From Octopus sinensis (lineage: Eukaryota), in the NCBI RefSeq assembly GCF_006345805.1, contig NC_042998.1, positions 142,848,001 through 142,912,000 on the forward strand: a stretch of 64,000 nt of DNA, read 5' to 3'. Within the stretch, counting starts at the first letter, position 1. The number at the start of each line of letters is the position of its first letter. Both the position numbers and the translations under genes were made by a program. The notes beneath the pieces are model-generated. The model was not told where the DNA came from, searched no databases, and saw only the letters and a list, made by a program, of their open reading frames with translations. Shown in pieces: positions 51,955 through 64,000 of this stretch.

Positions 51955-54048
51955 GAGATATCTTCTTGTTGGCACCAAGTGAAGGGCGATTTTTTACCTT
52001 CTGTTTGAGATAGGCTTTGATGAAATATGGATGGCATCAAAGAAGAGATATTTAAGATTTTGACGGCGAACGAGTGGAGAAACTTTCTCTTGGAGCCAGA
52101 CAAACGACTCAATAGAACAAAGGACTTTCTCTTCCATTGTTGACAAATAGGCAAAACATTGAAGTTCTTGGCACCAGTAAAGAGAAAGCGAAATATTAAA
52201 ATCGAACATCTTCGGTATGTGGTGTGATGTACGTGTGTATATGGATGTGTTAGTGTGTATGTGAGTGAGCTTTTGTGTGTGTGTGCGTGTGTGTGTATGT
52301 GAGTGTATATGTGTGTATATATGTGTGTGTGTGTGTGCGCGCGCGCTAGAGTGTATGTGTGCACTAGAGTGTATGTGTGCGTGTGCACAAAACATTTCTG
52401 AAATGGGCATCAAGGGAAAAGGAAGAAAGGAGTGAGTGTGTGTACGTGTGTGTGTGAGTGTGTAAGCGTATGAGTGCGTGTGAGAGTGTGTATATGACAG
52501 CTATAGTGGTGATGGTGGTCGTGATAATCATATTGGATGGTGGTGGTTGTGGTGGTGGTGATGGGTGCTGGTAGCGATTGTACAAATAAAGACAACGGCG
52601 ATTTCGATGATGACAATGGTGATGAATATGATGGTGGTGGTGATGACAATGACGACGACGATGATGATGATGATGATGAAGGAGGAGGTGGAGGTGATGA
52701 TTGCTAGTGTTTAACCCCGGGTCAACCGTTGAGGAAGCGCAGACCTATGATCAAAGTTATTCAGCTGTCACCATCCTATCTTTCACTTTCACTTGAGACT
52801 ACATCACGCTGATATTTTTTGAAGATGATAGGATGTTATTTTATATAAGATTAATTTAGTCGGGCAACCGCATAAGACGACGAACAGCTGGCAAAGAAGA
52901 TACGATACACATCGATTTGACAGACCGATACTCTTCGGTAACAACGACAAGAACGATTACAACGACGACAAAGTCGACAACAAAGAGACAGAAGATAATG
53001 GCAATGAAAAGATGAAAGAAAAACTACAACAAATATGTGAAGAGAACGTTAAAAGATGTGAATATAAATACGTCGACAGTAAAACAGAACTGACGATGAT
53101 GGAAAAAATGGCGAATAGAGGGAGAAAAAATGGATTGAAGTTTTTGTTTGATTATTTAAAAAAAATAAAAATAACAATAATGGGGAAGAAAATGAATGTG
53201 AAATAAGAAGAAATATCAGTTAAATGTGAGCGATGAGAGCTTTAACGAAAAGAAGATAAAATTCGCCCGCAAAAAATAAAGAATACGATCAACATAAGAT
53301 GAAGCAAAGACGTAAACATCAATTAGAACTAGAGCAACTTCTTTTATTTATTTTCTTATTTGTATATTTATCTATGTATTTATTTATTTATTTTGCGAAG
53401 CAGACGATAGAGACATTCACAGTTTTCGCCGACATTGTTGGTGTGGATTGTTATTTTATAGTCGTGTTACGTCAGCCATTTGCCGACGACTTGTTCTCGT
53501 CTGCTTTTGAAAGGGTGAACAGAGAGAAAAGAAAAAACGACAACACATTCACGCACTCAACACACAGACACACATACGCATGCGAGCTGCATACACGATA
53601 ACAGACGCGCACACGCATATCTATATGTAGAAAACCATAACAAATTTTATGCGCATACTCATGTACGCCTATATATATATATGTATAATAATTATTTTAT
53701 ATATATATATATATATGTATAACAATATATTTTATACATATATAATATGTATTATATATATATATATATACGGAACAACCACGTTGAGGTGGTAACAACA
53801 ATTATGTGTGTGTGTATGCACTTGTGAGTGAGTGCGTGTGTGGTGTATACTACGCATATATACCTATTCAGGTATGCATACACGTACAAAGAACTTTGTT
53901 TTTATGTATGTGCCTTAAACGTTTTTGGTTTTGTTAATTCTCTTCTTTCTTTGTCTCTCATATATTCCTTTCTTTTTCTCTCTCTTTCTTTCCTTCTATT
54001 GTCTCTCCACTTCTCTCCTTATTTCTATAAATCGTTCTATCTGCCTGT

Positions 54049-54145
<97 letters not shown>

Positions 54146-54652
54146 GTCTGTCTGTATGTCTGTCTAATTATAGCTCTTCTGTTCCTTCCCTCTTTCTCTG
54201 TTACTTTCTCAGTCACACGCTCTCTCTTTTCTTTCTTTCTCTCTCCCCCTCTCTCACACACACACTCTTCCTATATATGTTTGTCTATTTATCTGTCAAT
54301 ATGTTTATTCATATCTGTATATATATGGGGGGGGCGAGTGTGTTTGTGCGTGCATGCGTACGCGAGTGTGTGTGTGTGTATACACATATGTTCTGCTATG
54401 TTGGCTTTTTTTATCTACATAACTCTAACCACTACAACTACCATCGCCACCACTTCATTCCTCACCCAGCCTATTACTACGACTCTCAGCCCACCACCGC
54501 CTCAAACACTATCACCACCACCATCACCAATACCTCTACCACTAATACCTCTTCCACCACTACCACTTCCGTCACTACCACCACCACTACTACTATTACC
54601 ACCCCAACCACTACCACCACCAATACCATCCCAAAGTTTGCCATCTTAATCT

Positions 54653-54694
<42 letters not shown>

Positions 54695-55380
54695 TTACTA
54701 CTACTAACGACGTCCTCAGTCCCCACCAGAGACTTATTTGTAGCAACCACTCTACTGCCACCTTCTTCCTACTACAATTGCTACCACCAACAACACCACC
54801 ACCATCACAACAACCATCACAACCACTACCATAACCACTATCATATCACCATCAACGCTACAAACATCATCACCGCTACCAACAGCAACAACAACAAGAT
54901 ACCACCACTACTCCACCATATTCTGCCCCAAAAAAGTCGATGAAACAGAAATCGCAAAAGAAAAGCAGGAGGTGGGTAAAGCAAATAAACGACTTGAGTA
55001 AATAAATAAATATAATAAATAACTAATAAAGTGAATAAATAATTGGGTAATGAAAATTAAGAGAGAGATGGGTGTGGAAGGGAATGTGTGAAATGAGAAG
55101 GAAAGAGGAAAATGGGGGTGGATTTGAAGGAATAAGAAGAATGGTGGGGGAGCAGTGAAAGTGTGGAAAGAGAGGAACCGAGTAAAGATGAGAAATAATA
55201 GGTAGATAGGTAAATAGAGAGAAAGAGAGAGAGAGAGAGAGATTGATAGATGGATAGATAGATAGATAAACAAGCAGACAGACAAGACAGATAAACAAGC
55301 AGACAGACAGATAGATAGATAGAGAGAGAGAGATAAACAAGCAGATAGATAAATAGAGACAGACAGACAGACAGACAGGC

Positions 55381-55471
<91 letters not shown>

Positions 55472-55749
55472 GGGGAAGTGAAGGAGAAAGTGAGAGAGGA
55501 AGACAGAGAGACATAAAACAAGAGGGAGAAGAGAGAAAATTGATATAGTGCTAGAGACACAAAGAAAGAATAGTTACATATTTCTTAAGTTGTTAGATGA
55601 AAAGAAGCGTCCATTTCTGTTTGCACACCTAGAGTGGAGAAAATGCCGCAATGACTACTTATTTTGGACGTCTATAGATTTTTTCAAAATGTGACAGAAT
55701 CAGTGAACAACGCTTTTCCCAACAACTTACTTTTCTTTTTTTGTCGTTC

Positions 55750-55910
55750 ACGACAACCGTGGAGCTAGATTTACGGGGGACTTGCAATCTATCCTCTGTC
55801 ATTTATGAATGGTCGCTCATACTTGAGGCGTTCGACGAAAGCAATGTCGCAGTTGGCCCCAGCAAAGACTTTGACCGTTTGTGGCATAATTCAGTTTTCA
55901 GTCAGATCGT
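55750..55910 (+). pseudogene. CR1/Jockey-group RT fragment
   Basis: EW..ILEAFDESNVAVGPSKDFDRLWH resembles W...GE..VALDISKAFDRVWH. Confidence 0.55.
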
Positions 55911-56021
55911 GTCACCATTGATGAAACTCTCTTTGTCTTTGTCTTTCTTTTTTCTTTCTACCTCTCTCTCTCCCCCTCTCTGCCCCCTCCCCCCTCTCTC
56001 TTTCTATATATATATATATAT

Positions 56022-56940
56022 ACATACATACATATATGTACGTACCTACCTCTACATGTATATATACACGCATATATGGGTACAGGACACCAAAAAAACG
56101 TCGAACACAATAAGAAACGAAAACATAAACACAAAACCAAGGAACTGGACATCTTTCTTAAACAACAAAAAAATAGAGTACAGGACAAATAACACAAGGA
56201 AAATTCCCCTTCTTCAGTCGCCATGATTTCATCTACTCTGCGTTTCGAAGGTGAAGGCGATACGCATCTTCGATAGAAACTTTCCTTCCCGCGAAAAGCA
56301 AATTAAATAAAATTTGAGATCTTTTTGCAGAGGGGTAAAAATGGTAACAAAAACAGGACAGTAACGACAGTACAAAATATAAAGAGTACAAGACAGGACA
56401 AGGAGAATAACAAGACAAGAAGGGCTGTTAAGCCGAACGAGAAAAAGTATTACGAACGCTATTTTTGAGAACGGCGAAGGAGCAACAGAAAATGCCGTCC
56501 AAACTTCAAGGAAGTCAGGTCAGAAAGACAGTAGCAGAGCTCTCGTCGCGGGTCAACGACGGAAGGGAGGAGGAGGAGCAAGAGAAAGGGAGAGAAAAAA
56601 GGGAATGGTTGTGAGGAAACCAGAAAGAATGAAGAATGAGAGAGACGGAGAGACAGTTTTGCTTTTCGCGGGAAGGAAAGTTTCTATCGAAGATGCGTAT
56701 CGCCTTCGCCTTCGAAACGCAGAGTAGATGAAATCATGGCGACTGAAGAAGGGGAATTTTCTTTGTGTTATTTGTCCTGTACTCTATTTTTTTGTTGTTT
56801 AAGAAAAATGTCCAGTTCCTTGGTTTTGTGTTTATGTTTTCGTTTCTCATTGTGTTCGACGTTTTTTTTTTGTGTCCTGTACCCATATATGCGTGTATAT
56901 ATACATGTAGAGGTAGGTACGTACATATATGTATGTATAT
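56022..56940. repeat. Foldback element: ~282-bp inverted arms around a 355-bp spacer
   Basis: 56022-56302 versus 56658-56940 differ by about four transitions plus homopolymer length; both arms give the same ORF start MATEEGEFSLCY on opposite strands. Confidence 0.93.
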
Positions 56941-57101
56941 ATGCATATGTTTTATTTATTAATTTATTATATGACGGAACGCACGCATCCATTTCTAAGT
57001 AAGATTGTTCTTGATATATATATATATATGTCGTCAAGTATGAAATGTGTTGAAAAGAAAAGAAAAAGTTTGGTAATATTTTATAAATACATGGAATAGT
57101 T

Positions 57102-58117
57102 TTATTTATCAAAGTATGCACCCATATTGTCAATACACTTTTGCCATTTCAGCGGCAGCTTGTCCAGCCCGGAACTGTAAAAGCCTGGCAATCTGGAGTC
57201 AATAAAATCTTGGAACGCTTGTTTTACAGAATCGTCGGAATTACATCTTTTCCTATCAAAAAGTTATCCAAATTCTGGAAGAAGAGGTAGTCAGTGGGGG
57301 CAAGATCAGGTGAGTATAGTGGATGATGGAGAACTTCCAACTCCAACCCCTGTAGTTTCGCCAATGTCATTTTTGTGATGTGTGGTCTGGCGTTGTCTTG
57401 CAATAAAATAGGAGTGGCTCTGTTGACTAATCTAGGCTCTTTTTTTGTAAGTTTCTGCATCATTTGGTCCAGTTGGCTGCAGTATACTTCGGCCGTGATT
57501 GATGAGCCATATATGAAATCATAAATGGATCGCACCCGCGCCAGACCACCAAACACACACCATCAGCTTCTTTTGATGAATTTTGCTTTTTGGACTCTGT
57601 TTTGGTGGCTCGTCTTTGTCTAACCATTGTGCTGAACGTTTACGGTTGTTGTATTGAATCCATTTCTCATCACATGTTACAATTTGATTAAAAAATGATT
57701 CATTTTTGTGACGAGAAAGTAGCGTAATGCAGGCTTCCAAATGTTGCTGTTTCTGATTTTGAGTTCATGTGGAACCCACTTATCCAACTTTTTCACTTTA
57801 CCGATTTGAACTAGGTGAGTCAATATTGTTTGCTTGCCAACACCAAACAACAACGATTATTTACGGACACTTTGAGATGGATTTGACTCGACGGTAGCTT
57901 TCAGTTCGTCAATATCCTCCTTTGTTTCTGGTTGACTGCGTTGCTCATTTGTGAGGTCAAAGTTACCAGAAAGAAATTTTGCAAACCAATTTGATATTGT
58001 CTGCTGTGTAATGACATTAGAATGAAATACTCCATTAATATTCCGAGCTGTCTGTGATGCTGTATTTCCAAGAAAAAACTCTTGTTTCAAAACTGTACGA
58101 ATTTCCGACTTATCCAT
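57102..58117 (-). pseudogene. mariner (DD34D) transposase, frameshifted
   Basis: MDKSEIR..HTH, WVPHEL (57761-57778), VTCDEKW, LQDNARPH, YSPDLAPTDY, KWQKCIDNMGAYFDK*. TIRs not resolved. Confidence 0.93.
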
Positions 58118-58778
58118 CTCTAAACCAAAATAGCAAAAAACGATTTATAAATACTTTATAAAGCGCAAAACGAGTTAGAATAAAGAAATAGATGTGACAG
58201 TTTTCTAACAACAAATAAAGATTGCAAAATATAATAACAGCGCAAAATGAGCAACTGTCAAAGTTTACTATATACCTTACTACAAAAATTTCATGCTATG
58301 CATTCGAACTCTCTAGACTTGGGCAACTCACAATTCAAATCCTCGAATTTGCTACAAATGTTACGCCCAACAATATCCTGATGATCTTCACATATACGTC
58401 ACTTATGCACCGCTAGTAACAATGTGCTTCCAATTCTTTCTTGACTGCACCCTTCTTTTCCATTTTCGTCCAAATCGTTTCACTAAATCGCTTTTCCATC
58501 ATTGTGGAGGCCTCCGCTTATTTACAACAAATATTGCATTCAGATACTAACCTTCTGCTTATTTATTTATCTATTTAATCGATACATGCAAAAGTGACAA
58601 GCAACAAACTTAGGGAGGAGTATTAAAGCCCTTACGTCTGTGTAAATCCGATAAGGTGTAGCAGACTGAGGATGGTATATAATAATCCTTATACAAAAGA
58701 ATAGATTACAACAAAAGCACAGAAAACTAATTTAAATAAAGGAAAAAGTATTACAAATAAAGAACAGTTACATGTTTC

Positions 58779-59387
58779 GGAAAGACTTCCGCCCGTCCCC
58801 GCCCAATTTTCTCCCAAATTTGTTTATTAAAAAATTTTTTTTTGCCAAAAATCCCCGTTTTCGCATACGGAGGTTTCGGAAAATTGCCAAAAATCGGCAT
58901 TGTGAAATCCCCCTCACTTCCCCACAATCTCTTCAATTTTGACTTCTTTTCCCCAACACTAACCCTAAAACCCTAAAACTCTAAGCCTAAGCCTAACCCT
59001 AACTCTAAAACCCTAACCCTAAAACCCTAACCCTAACTTTAAAACCCTAATCCTAACCCTAAAATCGTAACCGTAAGCACAGAAATGTTTTGAAATTTTT
59101 GTCCGAATCATAATGCCCGTATTTTTCCGCATATTTAGAGAAAAAAATTCTCAAAAAATAATTTTGCAAAAGTTTTGGGAAATTTTTTTCAGAATCATAA
59201 TCTCCGTATTTTCCCGCATATTTTGGGAAAAAAATTCTGAAAAAAGTTAAAAATGAAGGAAATGGGGGTTGGTAATTTAATAATGTCGATTTTTGCCAAT
59301 TTTTTTGCAGATTCTTATTCCGCGTAGCCGAAAATTTTTAAAGGGTGGTTTTTTGGGGAGGGGGGTACGGGTGGCGGAAGTCTTGCC
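58779..59387. mobile_element. 609-bp Merlin-like MITE carrying telomere-like repeats
   Basis: TIR GGAAAGACTTCCGCC / GGCGGAAGTCTTGCC (14/15); perfect 8-bp TSD CATGTTTC (58771-58778, 59388-59395); (CCCTAA/CCCTAAAA)n at ~58960-59075. Confidence 0.9.
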
Positions 59388-60309
59388 CATGTTTCTGCTG
59401 TTAAATCTTTTGTTATGATTGGTATTTCCTTGAAAATAGATTGGACCGTCAACTTTTATAGAGAAAGAAAAAGTTGAGAAAAAAAAATAGAACCTCGGTG
59501 AACCGGTAGTTATAGCGCATTGGCGAGTCTCCACGTATCAATTAGATGGGGTTTTCTGAGGAGGTCTAGGGTTTCGTGTATAACAGCATTTGTCTCATCA
59601 GAGTTGAGATTTTACTCTAGTTTATTCTGCAGACGATCAACAACTGGTCTGGGCCGAAGTATTTGTTTTAGATGCAATGGCTTAATTATTGATGTTTGGT
59701 GGCTATGAGAATATCTAGCGTCTCAACGGTCACTCCGTCTTCATGAAATAGCAACCAAATCTTCCTCAAATTATACCCTGTTGTTTTTAAAAAGAGGACA
59801 CTCTAGATAAAGTAGCAGCCTTAGCCATAGATAAAAGTCTACTCGAGCCGGGTTGATCTGGTGTTAGACAGCAGCAGCAACAGTAGCAGAACAGAAAGCA
59901 AGGTTGAGCATTTTTTAAGTTTATATTTTATCTTTTATTTGCTTCAGTCTTTGGACTGCATCCATGCTGGAGTGCCGCCTTCAAAGAGTTAGTCGTACTA
60001 ATTGATCCCGGCACTAGTTTATAAATATGGTGTTTATTCTATGGGTCCCTTTAGCCAAACCGCTAAGTTACAGGAACATAAACAAACACTTGTTGTTAAG
60101 CAGTGGTGGGGAACAAAAACAAATATCAAGGCCGCCTCCATATACATATGATGGGCTTCCATGCAGTCTTCATCTATCAAATTTACTCACAAGGTATAGG
60201 CCGGTCCGGAGCTAGAGTAGAAGACATTTGCCCAGGTAGGCGCGCGGTGGAACCGAACCCAAAACAAATAGTTGCAAAGGAGTTTCATAACTATATAGCT
60301 ATGCCTGCA

Positions 60310-60800
60310 CCTAGTTGGCGGAAGTTTTTTGTAGTGTGGTGTCATTCATAGATAAAGAATGTGTAGTATTTTAGTGTGTTTTCCTGCTAGGTGTAGCTGT
60401 TATCATGGTGCTGTTGAACTCAATAAAGAGATGACACAACGTTCCGTCCTATTTGTGGTGTAGCGTGTTTGATAACAGATAGTCTGTTAATCAATCTGAT
60501 TGCTCTGTGGGTTGGGGTGTTGGATGAAATTAGGCTTAAAATATTTGAATGCATAGCAGTTACGCTGTCCCAGATATGCTAGAAATACTCTAATCTGGAT
60601 TAAATTTGTGCATTAGTGTGTGTGTTGTGGCGGGGTCAGTAACTATTTAGCATCGATGTTTGTTTTGTTTTTTTCTGATCCTAAAACAATGATTCCTAGG
60701 GGGCAGGGTTCACGTTGTAATTTCTAGAGAAGCGCAAGCCCTTAACAAATGTGTGTTTCTCTGATAATCTAATATTTTGAATTGTTTTCATGAATCAATA
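60310..60800 (-). pseudogene. Possible Penelope-like ORF N-terminal relic
   Basis: VKGLRFS (cf. KGL.F.P) and D TT YKKLP-like stretch; heavily degraded, by-eye only. Confidence 0.35.
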
Positions 60801-60891
60801 TATAGTTTGTATTACTTTAATAATGTTTTTTTAGACATTTTAAAGGCTGGTTTTAATTCTAAATAATTCAATCTTAATATGTTCTGGCATA

Positions 60892-60941
60892 TTCAAACTG
60901 AGGAAGCGTGCTATAAAGCCGAAACACCGGGGTGTTTCGAA
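60892..60941 (+). ncRNA. Hammerhead-like motif with intact core but poor stem I
   Basis: CTGAGGA AG..CC GAAA CACC GG GGTG TT; the competing 9-bp hairpin CGAAACACC/GGTGTTTCG would sequester GAAA. Confidence 0.4.
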
Positions 60942-61549
60942 GTTCCCTTACACCGGTGAATCACGTGTGTCGTCTTAAGGGGTGGGGAGCTGTTCTCCAT
61001 TCATGATAAATGACAGTGGTCAGATATTCACGTTCGAATCTGCCAGGACGCATTAAGAATAAATAGCATTTTGGTCGACGTGCTAACGATTCTGCTTAAT
61101 AATGACTCTGTTTTATATAGTGCTCAGGTGCGTTACAACTCGTCGAAAAAGTAAAGTAAAGAAAGACAGCAATAAAAGTACGAGACGCGCACAGTACAAA
61201 GAATAAAGCACAGAAAAGACAGAAAAGTGAACATTAGAAGAGTTTTGTTGTCGTTGTTGTTTAACCCTAAGTTAGCCCAAAGACAGTCATGTTCATATCG
61301 TTGAGTACATAATCGAATGTGTCCTTGTCTTGGGTGTGTGATTTGAAGGAGATTTGGATGTTGTCGCGTGTCTGGTGTGAGGTGTCTAGTGGGATATATA
61401 TATATAGGGCAATACATGATATGCGATACAGATATGATAGGGTGAGTGGATGGAGGAGATGAAGGAGGGAGGAGGGGAGGGGAGGAGGAGGAGGAGGAGG
61501 AGAAGAAGAAGAAGAGAAGAAGAAGAAGAAGAAGAAGAAGAAGAAGAAG

Positions 61550-61580
<31 letters not shown>

Positions 61581-62497
61581 GTAGGTTTGTTTCGTAGAAT
61601 AAGTACCAGACTTAGAATTAGTACTGTGGTCGAATTTTTCAACTTAACATTTCAAGGTGCTGCTCCAGCATGACCGTAGCCCAATAACTGAAATAAATAA
61701 AAGAATCAAAGGACTAGTCAGACATTACAACTGTAGATGTTTGAATCCTTCAAAAGAACCATTGCACACACGATCGAATCGAAATAGGTTGGCCATATTT
61801 TAAAAATAGCTCATTGTGAAGGACAATAGAAGGAAATAATGTAACTAGTCCACCACATCACGTAGTCAACAAGTCATACTACAAGATCGTGTGACCTGCA
61901 TAGTCGATGTAGATAAGAGATCTAGGCTGAGACTTGGATAGAGATAGCTTGAGGCTTCATTACTGATAAGGAAGTCTTTATGAAGAGTAAATAAAAGATT
62001 TATTCATGTAAGAACTTATAAATTATAGTGGAGGTTTAGGATTAACTGTGAAAATAGATAAGACTCAGTTATGTACGTTAAGAAGCTAGTGGTTGAGAAC
62101 AATAAACTAAATGGGAAAGTGGCTAGGAAGGTATGAAACGTTTTGGCATAGCTCTCTTCGACGCCGCTTATTTGGCGTCGCTGATTCGACGCTGACTTAT
62201 TTGACATTAGATGTTTTAATGTTTCTTCCATTCTTTCCAGTTCCCTCTCCTTGTTAATGTTCGTCTATTTGTCTCTCTCTCCCACTCTCTCTTTTTATCT
62301 CTCTTCCTCCCCCTCTCTGTTTATTTTTGTGTCAGTCGTGTTCTATTAATATATTGCAATCTCTCCCTCTCCCCATTTCTCCTCCTCTCCGCCCACTCCC
62401 TCTATCTGTATGTGTATATTTGCTAAATCGTCTTTGCGAGCCTCTTCGGGGGTGTCAAATTGCAACTACACCGCGCCTGTATACATACATGTGTGTA

Positions 62498-62536
<39 letters not shown>

Positions 62537-62965
62537 TGTGTGTGTCTGTGTGTGTGTGTGTGTGTCACAAACTGCTGCAAGTTGTTTGTAGAGTATGTGC
62601 ATAACTGGAGTTTGGACCGTCTAGTTTGTATTGGCTTCGAGTTTTATAAGCTGTAATAATGAAATCAAACCAAATAGTGATATTTTGAAATCATTTAATA
62701 CGTACGTTTCATGTGTGCGTAATAAATAAATGATAGGCAATGTGTCCGTTACATAAAACCTTCCTCTACCATTGATGCGACTCGATCCTAGTAGAAAGTA
62801 GCCGTTCCAGACTCCAATTATGTGGATACTCTAACAACGATTTGGAGTGGTTTATTATATTCAACTCGAGTTGAACCCAATGGAACCATGTAATGCTTCT
62901 AAGCGAAACATGAAATTCCTCTCTCTGTATATATATACATACATATATATATATATACATACATA

Positions 62966-63056
<91 letters not shown>

Positions 63057-63105
63057 TCCGTGTGGGCAGTCATCTAAAAGTTTTTGTTCGTCATGATGCT
63101 GACAT

Positions 63106-63210
63106 AAGTTCCTTGTCTTTCCTGATGAGAAGACGGCATAATGCACCCTTTATTCCTTCGGAATTAAGAATATGCAATCTTCGAAACATATGTCGAGTAT
63201 AAAGGAATTT
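63106..63210 (+). ncRNA. Type I hammerhead ribozyme with palindromic stem III
   Basis: Core CTGATGA 63122-63128; stem II GAAGA/TCTTC extended by GCATA/TATGC; GAAA 63183-63186; ACATATGT palindrome; GUC cut after 63194; stem I of 3 bp, a 4x4 loop, then AAGTTCCTT/AAGGAATTT. Confidence 0.78.
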
Positions 63211-63589
63211 TGTTAAATCGTCGTTCGACTCCATTCTTTCATTTATCTATAGTAAAAAAACACACAAATTTCCACACGAAAGCACGTGATTTCTGCCCTT
63301 GGCATGTAGCTTCAACCGTGCTTTCTGACATAAATTTGCTACCAGGGTATCGGTTAACCGAATTATCCATACTAGGATAATTCATTCAACTACTTAAACA
63401 TATATATATATATATATACATACATACTTGCATATATATATATATATTATATATATATATATGTAAATACTCACACACTCTCTCTCCCTCACACACACAC
63501 ATATGTATGTGATGTATGTGTGTGTGTGTGTTGATATTTGTATATAGATCAGTTAAAATCCTTTCTACACTTGGTAGAAGACCGGAAAT

Positions 63590-63775
63590 TTGTGAGGAAG
63601 GAGATAGTCGATAACATCGACTCCAGTACTTGACTGGTACTTAATTTATCCAACCCAAAAGGATGAAAGGTACAGTCAATCTAGGCGGAATTTGAACTCA
63701 GAACGTAATGATGGACGAAATGCCGCTAAGCATTTTGCCCGGTGAGCTAACGATTCTGCCAGTTCGCCGACTTTC
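63590..63775 (-). mobile_element. Family B SINE
   Basis: ggcggaatttgaactcagaacg..gcattttgcccggtgagctaacgattctgccagttcgcc. Other minus-strand copies at ~9310, 40790-40990, 41440, 43260 and 61030. Confidence 0.88.
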
Positions 63776-63853
63776 GGTCAGTTATAATTAAAAAAAAACA
63801 AGAATTACACAATATTTTTTGTACAGTATTTTTTTTTTTACAAGAACTGTATG

Positions 63854-63895
63854 GACAGGGATTTCGAAGTTTCGACTTGCTAGCCTTCATCGGCT
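63854..63895 (-). ncRNA. Degenerate hammerhead relic
   Basis: CCGATGA A GGC tagcaa GTC GAAA CTTCGAAA TC cctgtc; one change from the palindrome ACTTCGAAGT, and U4 replaced by C. Confidence 0.45.
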
Positions 63896-64000
63896 TAGCA
63901 GGCCAAAATCACTGTCAATGCTATTTTTGTTAAAGAATAATGTGTGTGTGTGTGTGCGCGCGTGTGTAATGATATGATTTATAGAAAAAACTTAAAATTA

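Noticed and set aside
53828-55560. Long ORFs (273, 185, 163, 167 aa)
   Set aside because: Built from ATCT, CAC/CTA and GA repeats; low complexity throughout.
58960-59075. Telomere or chromosome-fusion relic
   Set aside because: Short, variant-rich, and enclosed by TIRs and a TSD.
59551-59615. Minus-strand CTGATGA G..C GAAA motif
   Set aside because: No UH cleavage triplet in register and no stem I complement.
62860-62875. Perfect 16-bp palindrome TTCAACTCGAGTTGAA
   Set aside because: Too short and without context to support a function.

Overview
AT-rich, microsatellite-saturated animal DNA. The SINE families and repeat landscape look like a coleoid cephalopod, probably Octopus (inference). 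I found no intact host protein-coding gene, rRNA, true tRNA gene or CRISPR array, and almost all ORF-track entries are translations of simple repeats. The window is a dense pile of mobile-element remains: at least four tRNA-derived SINE types (~34 copies or fragments, mostly on the minus strand); decayed non-LTR retrotransposons (R4/Dong-type sitting in (TAA)n and (CATA)n arrays, RTE, HERO-like, CR1-like, Penelope-like); a Buster/Charlie-type hAT transposase pseudogene; mariner and Tc1 pseudogenes; an internally deleted Helitron with a nearly intact PIF1-like helicase; and several MITEs with clean TIRs/TSDs, two of which carry telomere-like CCCTAA repeats. The main signal that gene-type annotation misses is a set of type I hammerhead ribozyme motifs in several unrelated small palindromic repeat families. 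The best are at 63106-63210 (+) and inside a 144-bp element with perfect 31-bp inverted repeats at 43007-43150 (-). A pair at 26769-26811 and 37683-37720 shows a U3-A8 core variant with a compensatory stem II change. All folds and alignments were done by eye, and many boundaries are approximate.
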